A stretch of 63,856 nucleotides of DNA, filler included, from Lama guanicoe (GCA_013239625.1; 205 parts of 205 records of this genome joined end to end with filler, not necessarily neighbours in it); one strand, 5' to 3'. Shown: positions 12,991 to 26,206, numbered from the whole stretch's first letter. Notes: generated from the sequence alone by a model not told the origin. Made by a program: numbers and translations.

Positions 12991-13436
12991 GCAGGACAAA
13001 GGNNNNNNNNNNNNNNNNNNNNNNNNNNNNNNNNNNNNNNNNNNNNTTAATTAATTAANNNNNNNNNNNNNNNNNNNNNNNNNNNNNNNNNNNNNNNNNN
13101 NNGAGAGGACTTTTGTAGTAACAGGGAACTGGATTTAGCCTCTTGCTTGAATAACAAAAACTGGACATAATGAAACAGTGGCTTGTCGACACGGGACATG
13201 AAGTAGCAAAGGACAAGAATCCCTGAGAGGGGAGGGGAGAAACAAGCAAGGGGAGAACTACGATTGCCCCAGTTTACTGCCTGAGAGAGTTTTCAGGCCA
13301 GGGCAGTGGGAGGGNNNNNNNNNNNNNNNNNNNNNNNNNNNNNNNNNNNNNNNNNNNNTTAATTAATTAANNNNNNNNNNNNNNNNNNNNNNNNNNNNNN
13401 NNNNNNNNNNNNNNTTAAAAAACCAAGTTTCTTCTT

Positions 13437-13580
13437 CACAGTACAGGGAACTCTATTCAATATCTTGTAGTAACCTTTAACGAAAGAGTATGAAAATGAA
13501 TATACTTATGTATATGCATGACTGGGACATTGTACACCAGAAATTAACACATTGTAACTAATGGTACTTCAATAAATTTT
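13437..13580 (+). mobile_element. Camelid-type L1 3' terminus
   Basis: CAGGGAACTCTATTCAATATCTTGTAGTAACC...TATATGCATGACTGGGACATTG..ACACCAGAAATT.ACACATTGTAACT...TACTTCAATAAA. Confidence 0.85.
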
Positions 13581-14974
13581 TTTAACTCTTACTTTATTAC
13601 TAGCAATGGGATTGTTTCTCTAGGCTNNNNNNNNNNNNNNNNNNNNNNNNNNNNNNNNNNNNNNNNNNNNTTAATTAATTAANNNNNNNNNNNNNNNNNN
13701 NNNNNNNNNNNNNNNNNNNNNNNNNNACAGAATGGTCAGACTAGGATAGGATTTTAAAATGTTAGCGACTCTCTCACCTGTACTTTTGTCAAAAATTTTT
13801 GATTTTACAAGTAATGCATCTACATAAAATGCTATGAATATGAATCTATTTAATAATTTTAGAAGATATGTATTATAATATTTAAAATTTATCTGTAACA
13901 GATATATAATGTTTGTGTTTTGTTTCTCACCAGCAGCCNNNNNNNNNNNNNNNNNNNNNNNNNNNNNNNNNNNNNNNNNNNNTTAATTAATTAANNNNNN
14001 NNNNNNNNNNNNNNNNNNNNNNNNNNNNNNNNNNNNNNGCCTTCTCTGTACTGCCTCTAACAAATGGAAGTACTATCTGAGTATATTTCTGTTGAAGCTC
14101 CTGCTTTCACCTCCTGCCCTTGGCAACCAGATGTAATGCCCACAGTCCCAAAGTGCCGGCGTACTGTCCATGGCCCATCTCCTCCGTCATGCACATCTCC
14201 ACTGCCTTCTGCCCTGGCTGTTGTCCCAGGACTTGTGCAAATCTCACACTNNNNNNNNNNNNNNNNNNNNNNNNNNNNNNNNNNNNNNNNNNNNTTAATT
14301 AATTAANNNNNNNNNNNNNNNNNNNNNNNNNNNNNNNNNNNNNNNNNNNNTGATATACCTCAGATTTACAAGATAATTGCATAATTGTCAATCACCCTAT
14401 GGGATAAGCATCCTTGTTTTGACATTTTAAGGGAGAAAAAACATAGACTCAGTACATTTAGAATGACTAGCCAAAGTCACTCAGTTCACAAGGGGCCGAG
14501 CTGGGACTTAGATTCACCATCCTGTCTTCACACTTTGTTCTACTTTGAACAACTGTGGAGTTNNNNNNNNNNNNNNNNNNNNNNNNNNNNNNNNNNNNNN
14601 NNNNNNTTAATTAATTAANNNNNNNNNNNNNNNNNNNNNNNNNNNNNNNNNNNNNNNNNNNNTCACCGTGATACCTTAAACACAAAGATCTAACACCACA
14701 GGGTTCATTCCATTCTTCTTTCTTCCTATATTTGTAACTCCCTTCTCCAACGGTGAGAAACCTGGCTGCCATTATCCACAATATATTTACTTACTTGTTC
14801 AATTATATAATGAATAGAAAGTGGTTTCATAAGGTAAATGAGAACTAATACATTACGTTAGTGGCAGGCCGCAANNNNNNNNNNNNNNNNNNNNNNNNNN
14901 NNNNNNNNNNNNNNNNNNTTAATTAATTAANNNNNNNNNNNNNNNNNNNNNNNNNNNNNNNNNNNNNNNNNNNN

Positions 14975-15186
14975 TGATACAAAATTCTAGGAAATGCAAA
15001 GTAATCTATAGTGACAGAAAACAGATTAGGGGTTGCCTGGGATTGGATGGAGGGAGACATTTATTACATAGGGGCATGAAGAAGCTTTTGTGGGTAATAC
15101 AAATGTGTATGATTATGATTGTGGTGATAGTTTCACGAGTATATATGTCAAAACTCCAAACTGTAACTCATCACATTGTGCAGTAT
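14975..15186 (+). mobile_element. L1MB/ME-type 3' UTR fragment
   Basis: AAAATTCTAGGAAATGCAAA.TAATCTATAGTGACAGAAA.CAGAT...GGTTGCCTGGG. Confidence 0.75.
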
Positions 15187-15286
15187 NNNNNNNNNNNNNN
15201 NNNNNNNNNNNNNNNNNNNNNNNNNNNNNNTTAATTAATTAANNNNNNNNNNNNNNNNNNNNNNNNNNNNNNNNNNNNNNNNNNNN

Positions 15287-15498
15287 AACTGACACAGCAT
15301 TGTAAACTGACTATACTTCAATAAATATATATATATACACATACAAATATACATATATATATATATATCAAACAAAAAAGAAAGAAAATCCATACTACAC
15401 GAAGATGGGCTGCTAAGCTAATATGACTGGTGTCCTTTTAAGAAGACAGCTATGTAAAGACAGAGGCACAACCACATGAAGACAGTGGCCCACGGGAA
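15287..15498 (+). mobile_element. L1 3' terminus with TA-rich tail (15287-15390), then a MaLR (MLT1-type) LTR fragment
   Basis: AACTGACACAGCATTGTAAACTGACTATACTTCAATAAA, then AATATGACTGGTGTCCTTTTAAGAAGA...ATGTAAAGACAGAGGCA. Confidence 0.7.
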
Positions 15499-16648
15499 NN
15501 NNNNNNNNNNNNNNNNNNNNNNNNNNNNNNNNNNNNNNNNNNTTAATTAATTAANNNNNNNNNNNNNNNNNNNNNNNNNNNNNNNNNNNNNNNNNNNNTT
15601 CTTGGACTCTGTAAAACAGAAGAAAAGAGGTATTTGGCTGTGAACACGTGCTTCCCTTCAAGAAAAGGGAAGAAGAGACCCCAAAGGCAATGCATAGCTT
15701 ATCAGGGCTGTGGATCCCACCAGAGGCCCAGGAACCTCAGAATCAAAGTGCGGGAGTGTTTCTGTCACAGAGCATCATGGTGTAGCAGAGACCTTACAGA
15801 GAGATGGAATNNNNNNNNNNNNNNNNNNNNNNNNNNNNNNNNNNNNNNNNNNNNTTAATTAATTAANNNNNNNNNNNNNNNNNNNNNNNNNNNNNNNNNN
15901 NNNNNNNNNNCTTCTTTGACCCCAAATATCCCCTTCTCTGGCATTAATCAGAGACTTCTGTTATGGTGTAGTCGCATAGAGCAGCAGCAGTGGGGTTTTC
16001 TTTCCACAGTATCGGTAGATCAGCTGTGTGGAGGCCAGGGCCCCTCCTCCTTTCCGCTATCAGTGAGTTACACCCCTTGGTGGAGCTCACGGCTACATGG
16101 TTTCTGTCACTCTCCATCATCTNNNNNNNNNNNNNNNNNNNNNNNNNNNNNNNNNNNNNNNNNNNNTTAATTAATTAANNNNNNNNNNNNNNNNNNNNNN
16201 NNNNNNNNNNNNNNNNNNNNNNCAGTGCAAATCTCTCTATCAGGTCTCAGCAGTAATGCCAGGAACTCCTGTGGCTTCGCCAGTCCCCCTTGGCCACCCT
16301 GCTGGGTTTTGGCAGTAAAGCCCTCCAGCACCTCATGCTAATATTTCCCAGAGTCAGGAGGCTTCAGCTTTGTTATTCTTCTAACAACTTTCTGGGCAAT
16401 GTATACTTCTAGGAAATTAAATCAAATAAAATGANNNNNNNNNNNNNNNNNNNNNNNNNNNNNNNNNNNNNNNNNNNNTTAATTAATTAANNNNNNNNNN
16501 NNNNNNNNNNNNNNNNNNNNNNNNNNNNNNNNNNTACAAAGAATTCCTGCCTCCCTTTCACCCAGATTCTGCAGTTGTTTGTACTTTACCACATTTGTTC
16601 CTTCACCTTTTCTGTCCTATACATATAGACTTTTTCAGACATGGGGGC

Positions 16649-16712
16649 CCATTACTGCTCAATACCCTAGTGTGTATGTATCTCCATTACTGCTCAATAC
16701 CCTAGTGTGTAT
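16649..16712 (+). repeat. Local tandem duplication: 29-bp perfect direct repeat, period 35, inside an old L1 3' UTR
   Basis: CCATTACTGCTCAATACCCTAGTGTGTAT at 16649-16677 and 16684-16712. Confidence 0.9.
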
Positions 16713-16894
16713 CTTCCCAAAGTGAGGACACTCTCCTACATAATCANNNNNNNNNNNNNNNNNNNNNNNNNNNNNNNNNNNNNNNNNNNNTTAATTAATT
16801 AANNNNNNNNNNNNNNNNNNNNNNNNNNNNNNNNNNNNNNNNNNNNAACAGCAGCCTGGCCAGTGAGCCAGAGGCAAGAAGAAAGAAGGAATGA

Positions 16895-17058
16895 CCGATA
16901 GATGACAGATGGACAGATACACAGATGGATAGGTAGGTAACAGGTAAGTAGATAGATGACAGATAGATTGATAGATAGAAAATAGATCATAGGTGGATAG
17001 ATAGATAATCTATAAATAGATAATAGGTAGGTAAATAGATCTGTAGATAGATAATAGA
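16895..17058 (+). repeat. (GATA/GGTA)n degenerate microsatellite
   Basis: Long TAGA/TAGG/CAGA tetramer tract. Confidence 0.85.
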
Positions 17059-18100
17059 NNNNNNNNNNNNNNNNNNNNNNNNNNNNNNNNNNNNNNNNNN
17101 NNTTAATTAATTAANNNNNNNNNNNNNNNNNNNNNNNNNNNNNNNNNNNNNNNNNNNNCCCTTTGCTATTAAATTCCAGGGCTTAAATACCTTGTTTAGG
17201 ACGTGGGGGTAAGACATCTGCTTATCTTGGCTTGTCCTGTTCTATTTTTGGTGATCCGGAGAGAACTGGGGACTGTATCATCTGAGACCTACATAGAGAA
17301 AGATATGCTTTTGTTACCAGCAATGAAGCTGGCCAACTTTCTTTAAGCACTCGAGTCCAGAAGAAAAAAANNNNNNNNNNNNNNNNNNNNNNNNNNNNNN
17401 NNNNNNNNNNNNNNTTAATTAATTAANNNNNNNNNNNNNNNNNNNNNNNNNNNNNNNNNNNNNNNNNNNNGAGTAGGTCACTCTGCTGATCCAGGCTAGA
17501 CCCAGTCACACATCCAAAGGTTGGCTGGCTGTGTGGACCAACAGCTGAGCCGCTGGACTCGATTCCCTGGTTCTAACCCTCCAGCACCCTCGCTGGGCAC
17601 ATTTTCATGGGGATGGAAGAGTGCAGGAAGCAGGGGGGCAGGAATGAAGCACCAATCACTCAAGCAAGGTTGGCAACGGGTCNNNNNNNNNNNNNNNNNN
17701 NNNNNNNNNNNNNNNNNNNNNNNNNNTTAATTAATTAANNNNNNNNNNNNNNNNNNNNNNNNNNNNNNNNNNNNNNNNNNNNGTCAGAGTAGATTAAAAA
17801 GAAAAAATAACGGACATAAAAACCAAGATCCGTGTGATAAAGGACTTGTTTATCTTCTGAATATATGATCTCCTATCACACATAAGACAGCAACCCAAAG
17901 GGGGACTTGAATGGATATTTCTCCAAGGAAAGTAAACAAATGGCTGACAGCCTCGCAGAGGATATGGTCAAAATCACTAGCCTAGGGAAATATANNNNNN
18001 NNNNNNNNNNNNNNNNNNNNNNNNNNNNNNNNNNNNNNTTAATTAATTAANNNNNNNNNNNNNNNNNNNNNNNNNNNNNNNNNNNNNNNNNNNNTGTGTG

Positions 18101-18190
18101 TGTTTTGTTTTTTTAATGGAGGTACTGGGATTGAACCCAGGACTTTTGAATGCTAGGCATGTGCTCTACCACTGAGCTATACCCTCCCCC
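18101..18190 (-). mobile_element. tRNA-Ala-derived short SINE (camelid Vic-1-like)
   Basis: Minus strand reads GGGGGAGGGTATAGCTCAGTGGTAGAGCACATGCCTAGCATTCAAAAGTCCTGGGTTCAATCCCAGTACCTCCATTAAAAAAA. It has A and B boxes, a tRNA-Ala(AGC)-like body and an A-rich tail. Confidence 0.85.
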
Positions 18191-19654
18191 AATATAATGC
18201 TTTCTTTATCTAAATTGTATTTCTAGTCTGTTCCCCTGTGTTGATGAATCTCAAAGATTAATCTGAGATTTATAAATCTGAACCTCTTTATCTCTGTCTC
18301 AAGAATNNNNNNNNNNNNNNNNNNNNNNNNNNNNNNNNNNNNNNNNNNNNTTAATTAATTAANNNNNNNNNNNNNNNNNNNNNNNNNNNNNNNNNNNNNN
18401 NNNNNNTGTTTTTGACTACACAGTGCTCTTGAATGCAAAAGGGGTTTAACTTTTTTAAAAGCCAACTCTGAGACTCTTTCACTTGGTGGTCAAGATGATG
18501 GAATTATTCTTTATGATTTCAAGGGAAAAAGATTCCAGATATCCTTGAACAGCAACCGGATGGGAATGTACAGAACGTGGAAGAGTTAGCATCTTACAGG
18601 GCAGGATGATAGTGGAGANNNNNNNNNNNNNNNNNNNNNNNNNNNNNNNNNNNNNNNNNNNNTTAATTAATTAANNNNNNNNNNNNNNNNNNNNNNNNNN
18701 NNNNNNNNNNNNNNNNNNCTCCCCGGATTAATGAAGCCATAGCTCACCCTGCACTCTCGCCGGCTCCCCTGGCTTTGGCAACTAATTCAGCCACATAATG
18801 GAATGGGAACACTGTCTAATTTCCAAATTAAAACTCAGATGGATGGCCCAGGCCCTGCTCCCGAAGGCCTGGGTCGGGGTGGGGGGTGCACCGCCCCTGT
18901 GAGGGGGGCGGTGATGGTACCCTGCCTGGGNNNNNNNNNNNNNNNNNNNNNNNNNNNNNNNNNNNNNNNNNNNNTTAATTAATTAANNNNNNNNNNNNNN
19001 NNNNNNNNNNNNNNNNNNNNNNNNNNNNNNATTCCTGCCATGTGGTCTGCGTCCCCCTTTGCCTGCTCACATCTAGCTGTCTGCCTGCTCTGACAATGGG
19101 AGCAGAGCACAGGGAAATTTGGTCAGGACGACTTATATTCCCATGTATTTGAAAAGTGGAGGCCTGGCTGGGTTCACAGGCTCGGCATTCATTCCCTCTG
19201 TCTCTTCTCCCCTCTCAGTCCTGTAAAAGCAGCCTGTCTCCCNNNNNNNNNNNNNNNNNNNNNNNNNNNNNNNNNNNNNNNNNNNNTTAATTAATTAANN
19301 NNNNNNNNNNNNNNNNNNNNNNNNNNNNNNNNNNNNNNNNNNGTGAAGAAACAGGCTTCAAAAGGTGACTTCCCAATAGTCTGATAGTAGCAGAATTAGG
19401 CTTTAAACCTAGCATTTTAAAATTCTAAGTTCTGCCCCCTTAAGCATCTTTCTCCTCTACAAGGTCCGTCTCTTGGGCATAAAGCCTGTGCCTCCCCTCG
19501 TTCACCCTAAGATCTGACTGCTTGTCTCCTTGCTCTTGCTTTTTGTTTACTGACNNNNNNNNNNNNNNNNNNNNNNNNNNNNNNNNNNNNNNNNNNNNTT
19601 AATTAATTAANNNNNNNNNNNNNNNNNNNNNNNNNNNNNNNNNNNNNNNNNNNN

Positions 19655-19866
19655 AAGGAGACTACACTGCCCACCTATCAGAACAGCCAAATCTATTCTA
19701 AAACTGACATCCAGTGCTGATGGTGATGTGGTACAACAGGCAGTCTCATTCACTACTGACAGGAATGCAACATGGGACAGCCACTTTGGAAGGCAATTTG
19801 ACAGTTTCTTCCAAAAGTAAGCACACTCGCTCTTCAATCCAGCAGCCGTGCTCCTTGGTGTTTACT
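19655..19866 (+). mobile_element. Old L1 (L1MC/MD-type) ORF2 C-terminal fragment
   Basis: CACCTATCAGAA.AGCCAAA...GGAATGCAA.ATGG.ACAGCCACTTTGGAAG.CAATTTG.CAGTTTCTT. Confidence 0.75.
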
Positions 19867-19966
19867 NNNNNNNNNNNNNNNNNNNNNNNNNNNNNNNNNN
19901 NNNNNNNNNNTTAATTAATTAANNNNNNNNNNNNNNNNNNNNNNNNNNNNNNNNNNNNNNNNNNNN

Positions 19967-20165
19967 TTTGCATTCTCTGCTGCTCCGTGCTCTCTGTTCC
20001 ACCTGTTTCTGCTCTGATCTTTATTCTTTCCTCCCTGGTGCCTGCCGAGGATTTACTTTACTCCTCTTTTTCTGATTTCTTGAGGTGGAGGGTAGGTTAC
20101 TGACTTGAGATCATGTTTTTAATATAGGCGTTCACAGCTGTAAGTTTCCTTCTGTGCACCTTTAA
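19967..20165 (-). mobile_element. Old L1 ORF2 fragment
   Basis: TTTCTGCTCTGATCTTTATT.TTTCCT...TTTCTTGAGGTGGA...ACAGCTGTAAGTTTCCTTCT. Confidence 0.7.
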
Positions 20166-22462
20166 TTACTTTACTTGCNNNNNNNNNNNNNNNNNNNNNN
20201 NNNNNNNNNNNNNNNNNNNNNNTTAATTAATTAANNNNNNNNNNNNNNNNNNNNNNNNNNNNNNNNNNNNNNNNNNNNTACAGTCTTCTCTGTTCCAGCA
20301 CAGCCAATGGCTTAAGAAATTTTTCTAGAAATATTATCCATTTTTATTAAATGATGATGAGGTGGAGGAGGAGGCAGAAGAAGATGGACTGATGGGTGGA
20401 AATTTCTGGGAGTAAATTTTAAGCTTTCCCCTGGACAAACACCACCCCGCAGTGGAGGAGGGGTTCTGCTCCCGTCCCAGGTCCCCTGTCNNNNNNNNNN
20501 NNNNNNNNNNNNNNNNNNNNNNNNNNNNNNNNNNTTAATTAATTAANNNNNNNNNNNNNNNNNNNNNNNNNNNNNNNNNNNNNNNNNNNNCAGGCCTCTG
20601 GGCTGAGACCTGCATTACCAGTCTTTGGATTAGCTGGCCTCTCAGCGCCTCAGTTTCTGGATTGGCGCAGCATTGTTTTCCCCGCCTCAGGCTATACCAC
20701 CGTCACCCACCTTCCATGGATAGAACTTGCGTGCCCCCCGTGTGCAGAACAGGACCGTTGAGTCTCGAGGAGGAGTTCAAGGCCTGAGGCTGGACCCGGG
20801 GGNNNNNNNNNNNNNNNNNNNNNNNNNNNNNNNNNNNNNNNNNNNNTTAATTAATTAANNNNNNNNNNNNNNNNNNNNNNNNNNNNNNNNNNNNNNNNNN
20901 NNGTTACTAGTTGCTCTTTCCTCCACATCAGTTCAATGATGGAAGCTTCTCAGAAATTTACTTACTAATCACTTATTTTCCTGGAGACACTCATTATTTT
21001 TTCCTATTCGCTTCCACTCACTCTCTCAGCTGCGCTGACGCAGTTGGGCTGCTGAGAGGACACACACGAAGCGCTCAGTTGAGGTTTTACTTTCCTTCCC
21101 CTGATGAAGGATAANNNNNNNNNNNNNNNNNNNNNNNNNNNNNNNNNNNNNNNNNNNNTTAATTAATTAANNNNNNNNNNNNNNNNNNNNNNNNNNNNNN
21201 NNNNNNNNNNNNNNGAATGAGACTAGTTGGGGGGTGGTGGGAGGTGTTGGCACCAGCCCAATCTGGCCTGGCCACAAGGTCAGCCTTCAGGGGGGATCGG
21301 CAACCAGGATCCTCACCACCCACCCGAGCCACCCCCTCCACACTTACCGATCCCTTGACTGCTCATTCCTTCAACAAAAGCGACTCAGCTCAGCTGGGAG
21401 CAGCGAAACTGCAGGTGGACCTGCCCNNNNNNNNNNNNNNNNNNNNNNNNNNNNNNNNNNNNNNNNNNNNTTAATTAATTAANNNNNNNNNNNNNNNNNN
21501 NNNNNNNNNNNNNNNNNNNNNNNNNNCGGAGCCCACCGGCTGGGCTGAGGCTGAGGCTGAGGCTGAGGTGCAGGCGGAGCCGCCAGCAAGGAGATGCAGA
21601 GGGAGAAAGATGGCGCCCGCCGAAAAGCCCGCCAAGAGGGCGAGCAGCGATGGCACTCCTGGGGACAGGAAAAAAGAAAAAGTCCAGCGTTGAAAACAAG
21701 CAAACAAACAAAAGGCGACGCCTGCGTGTAGAGCGAGGNNNNNNNNNNNNNNNNNNNNNNNNNNNNNNNNNNNNNNNNNNNNTTAATTAATTAANNNNNN
21801 NNNNNNNNNNNNNNNNNNNNNNNNNNNNNNNNNNNNNNCAGGACATATATATGGTCTTCACAATAACCTTTTAGATTGTTTTATATAATTTAGGGAATCT
21901 GACAATTACTTATTTTGCATGTTAATATATTGAAGATAATAATAAGGATTATGATAGCTCTTTACAAATTGTTTTCTTCAGCATACTATTTTTGAATGTT
22001 CTTGTGAAATACCAAAAATTATGATTTTGGACAGTTTCTGTCCGGTGTTANNNNNNNNNNNNNNNNNNNNNNNNNNNNNNNNNNNNNNNNNNNNTTAATT
22101 AATTAANNNNNNNNNNNNNNNNNNNNNNNNNNNNNNNNNNNNNNNNNNNNAGTGGGACAGTGTTGGGCCGGAGTTCTGGAAACAGAGGATGGAGGTAGAT
22201 CCGGCCCCTCCAGGGGGCCCTCTGTGGCCTCTGTTTTAGAGCTCCAAACAAGAGATCCTGGCCAAATATATTTTTCTACCATCACAAGCTTGTTGCAAAG
22301 TTGGTTTTATGGGTGCAGTAAACCTGCCTTTTAAATTATCGTCAAGTGTAATAAAACAGCAGNNNNNNNNNNNNNNNNNNNNNNNNNNNNNNNNNNNNNN
22401 NNNNNNTTAATTAATTAANNNNNNNNNNNNNNNNNNNNNNNNNNNNNNNNNNNNNNNNNNNN

Positions 22463-22674
22463 TCTGCTGGAGAATTTTCTCTTGCAGATTCTTTTTGTTC
22501 TAGCAGGTCTTTGACTGACTGCATGTGGCCCACCCACAGTATGGGGGCAGTCTGCTTTACTCAGTGTCCATCAATTTAAATGTTATTCTAATTCAAAAAC
22601 ACCTTCACAGAAATACCCATGATAGTGTTTGACCAAATATCTGGGCATCCGTCACCCAAGATGACACCGAAAAT
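22463..22674 (-). mobile_element. MLT2 (ERVL) LTR fragment
   Basis: GGCCCACCCACA.TATGG.GGGCA.TCTGCTTTACTCA...TTAAATGTT...AAAAACACCTTCACAGAAA...TGTTTGACCAAATATCTGGGCA. Confidence 0.8.
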
Positions 22675-24022
22675 NNNNNNNNNNNNNNNNNNNNNNNNNN
22701 NNNNNNNNNNNNNNNNNNTTAATTAATTAANNNNNNNNNNNNNNNNNNNNNNNNNNNNNNNNNNNNNNNNNNNNGCAGATGGCACACATTTCCGTTCTCT
22801 GCTGGGCTTCTGATCTGACCATCCAGCACTTCAAGGGCCCAGCGTGCTCCCGCCCCTGCCAGAGGTCCAAACACATCCGCCAAGACGGCAAGCGGGTCCA
22901 GGCCCGGGCGCGGACGTGGTCAGAATGAAGATGAAAAGACAGTTCCTGGCGCTCTGCATCTTCACCGGGGAGGGGGAGCTCCTGGCNNNNNNNNNNNNNN
23001 NNNNNNNNNNNNNNNNNNNNNNNNNNNNNNTTAATTAATTAANNNNNNNNNNNNNNNNNNNNNNNNNNNNNNNNNNNNNNNNNNNNAGTTACAATGACTT
23101 TTGATAGGCATTTTGTTTAGGTACACACAAAGTTATTAATGGGAAGAAAAGTAGTTTAAAAAGTTGGCTTGTAATCACCTCTAGGGAAAGAAAGAAGGTA
23201 GGTTACTTGGCATAATATTCTTGTAAACATCTTGGTAAGTGGACCTCCCAGTAAGTAGACAAGCAGTGCTTGCCAGGAGGCTAGTAGTTACCTATGAANN
23301 NNNNNNNNNNNNNNNNNNNNNNNNNNNNNNNNNNNNNNNNNNTTAATTAATTAANNNNNNNNNNNNNNNNNNNNNNNNNNNNNNNNNNNNNNNNNNNNCA
23401 GTCATTTTCAGAGCAACATAACTTAACATTTAAGTCCTCAAGTAATGAATTCAAAGGTATGCAATTAGAAAAGTATGGGAAGCAAAAACTACAGCTTTTA
23501 TTAAGAAACTAATTCAATTACAAGTATCATAGAGGCACTCAATTTTCATGCTGCAGTTACCTCCTTCGTCTTAACCATGACCCCACACAACCCGAAGCTG
23601 CCCATCTTATNNNNNNNNNNNNNNNNNNNNNNNNNNNNNNNNNNNNNNNNNNNNTTAATTAATTAANNNNNNNNNNNNNNNNNNNNNNNNNNNNNNNNNN
23701 NNNNNNNNNNTCCTTCCTAATAGCTGATGGGGGCGGAACGGATAGTAATGCAGGATGAATAATGAGAAAGGGACTTTGAGTGAATGGACTTTTTGAAAAC
23801 TCTCTTGGAAGGTTTGTACACTTAACAATGTTTAGCAATATCACCTTGTTCCTTTGGAATCAGATGTGCCAGGTGAAGGTTTGAGGATATGGGAGGGCAA
23901 AATTCTATACCGCTCTAAGCATNNNNNNNNNNNNNNNNNNNNNNNNNNNNNNNNNNNNNNNNNNNNTTAATTAATTAANNNNNNNNNNNNNNNNNNNNNN
24001 NNNNNNNNNNNNNNNNNNNNNN

Positions 24023-24234
24023 CAGACACGGGGAGCCCCACGGGGAGATGCAGGCAGAAGCTGGGGCGACACGTCTGCAAGGCAAGGGCACCAAGGACTG
24101 GCAGCAAACCGCCAGATGCTGGGAGGAAAGTATGGAACAGTCTGCCTCGCAGCCGTCCGAAGAACCAATCCTGCTGACATCTCGTCTTCAGACTTCCAGC
24201 CTCCAGAGCTGAGAAAAGAAATTCCTCTTGTTGT
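24023..24234 (+). mobile_element. MaLR MLT1B/C-type LTR fragment
   Basis: GCAAG.CAAGG.CACCAAGGA.TG...CCTGCTGACA.CT...CAGACTTCCAGCCTCCAGAGCTG. Confidence 0.8.
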
Positions 24235-24646
24235 NNNNNNNNNNNNNNNNNNNNNNNNNNNNNNNNNNNNNNNNNNNNTTAATTAATTAANNNNNNNNNN
24301 NNNNNNNNNNNNNNNNNNNNNNNNNNNNNNNNNNTTTTCCTCCTTGATTCTTTATTTCTCTAGACACTTTTCAGAGTTAGTTACTTTTGTTTTGAAGGGC
24401 AAGAAACAATAAGAATTTATTTCATTCTAAAGAATGCTATGTAATGATTTGATAGTTATCATCTACTGACCTTTGGCATTTTTATGTTGGAGGTTACTTG
24501 AGAGTTTAATTTTACACAAGGAATAGAATGTGTGTTGGCAAGAGTANNNNNNNNNNNNNNNNNNNNNNNNNNNNNNNNNNNNNNNNNNNNTTAATTAATT
24601 AANNNNNNNNNNNNNNNNNNNNNNNNNNNNNNNNNNNNNNNNNNNN

Positions 24647-24770
24647 GGACACTGGTCATATTACATTAGGGGCCCATCCTACTCCAGTGTGACCATATAT
24701 TAACTAATTACATCTGCGAAGACCCTATTTCCCAATATGATGACATTCTGAGGCTCTGAGAATGGTGTGA
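24647..24770 (-). mobile_element. MaLR MLT1-type LTR fragment
   Basis: GGACACTGGTCATATT..ATTAGGG.CCCA.CCTACTCCAGT.TGACC...AATTACATCTGC.AAGACCCTATTTCC. Confidence 0.8.
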
Positions 24771-26206
24771 ATTTAGAACAGAAGACATTGAGGACATTAT
24801 TTGTACAAGGTACACCCAGTATAATAGTCTCTGGTGTCTAAAAGAATCTCAGAGTCCANNNNNNNNNNNNNNNNNNNNNNNNNNNNNNNNNNNNNNNNNN
24901 NNTTAATTAATTAANNNNNNNNNNNNNNNNNNNNNNNNNNNNNNNNNNNNNNNNNNNNTTTTTTTAAAAGTCACACAGTGTCTCTCAGGATGCTTATAAC
25001 TATGTCATCTCCAAAATATATCCAGTGAAGCAATGTGTGTCTGCTGTAATGAGGCTCCCCAAATATTCTGATTCTGGTGAAGAGATTCTTTTTCATTTTG
25101 CTCTTGAAAAGTCACTCACATGAATCTTTTGTTTCAGAGTATTCTATTCTATTTTTTCCCATGAAATATGNNNNNNNNNNNNNNNNNNNNNNNNNNNNNN
25201 NNNNNNNNNNNNNNTTAATTAATTAANNNNNNNNNNNNNNNNNNNNNNNNNNNNNNNNNNNNNNNNNNNNTGTGATTTAAATAACTATACTAAGTAAAAC
25301 AGACCCTGAAATTTTTTTTAGAGAATAAAAATTAAGAAATAAATAATAAGAATAGAAAAAGTCACAAAATAGGTTTCAATAAGAGAGAAATACTTGAGTA
25401 ACAAAAAGAGAATCAAATAAACTAAGGTTACATACAAATTTATTTTCTATAATTGGCATTTAAATGAAGTTTTGTATGTCTGNNNNNNNNNNNNNNNNNN
25501 NNNNNNNNNNNNNNNNNNNNNNNNNNTTAATTAATTAANNNNNNNNNNNNNNNNNNNNNNNNNNNNNNNNNNNNNNNNNNNNGGGCAGAGGGTGGGGCTA
25601 AGGAGAGCTTCCCAGTTGTGCCCTCCTCTCTGCAGGGTGTTGCCCTCATCAGATCAGTGCCTGTCCTGCAGGGATTGCAAGGCAGGGAAACAGCTCTTCG
25701 AGGCCAGAAGAAGTTTGCATGGGGGGATGTTACCTTGGAGGTTTGGGAGTAGAAATAACAGGTCCTTTCCTCTGCCCTGAGAACTAGAGTATCANNNNNN
25801 NNNNNNNNNNNNNNNNNNNNNNNNNNNNNNNNNNNNNNTTAATTAATTAANNNNNNNNNNNNNNNNNNNNNNNNNNNNNNNNNNNNNNNNNNNNATTCAT
25901 AAAGTTTTTCTCTTTACTGGTATTTTTTCATTAATTTACTCAAGAAATATGTATTACTTTCTTATTATGTGCCAAGCATTGTTTTTGATGCTGGGGACAC
26001 ATTGATAAGTGAGGCAGGTGACGTCCCTGCTCTATTAGATGGACCACTCAGTTCTTTGACCTTTGGAAAACAACCTGCTGATGTTTTTAACAAAAATCAC
26101 AATCCCNNNNNNNNNNNNNNNNNNNNNNNNNNNNNNNNNNNNNNNNNNNNTTAATTAATTAANNNNNNNNNNNNNNNNNNNNNNNNNNNNNNNNNNNNNN
26201 NNNNNN

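Noticed and set aside
18101..18190. Functional tRNA-Ala gene (also 59628-59723)
   Set aside because: Extended G-rich head, mutated stems, CpG decay and an A-rich tail indicate SINE copies.
21610..21628. TGGCGCCCG as a tRNA-Lys primer-binding site
   Set aside because: The match stops after 9 nt and no LTR end precedes it.
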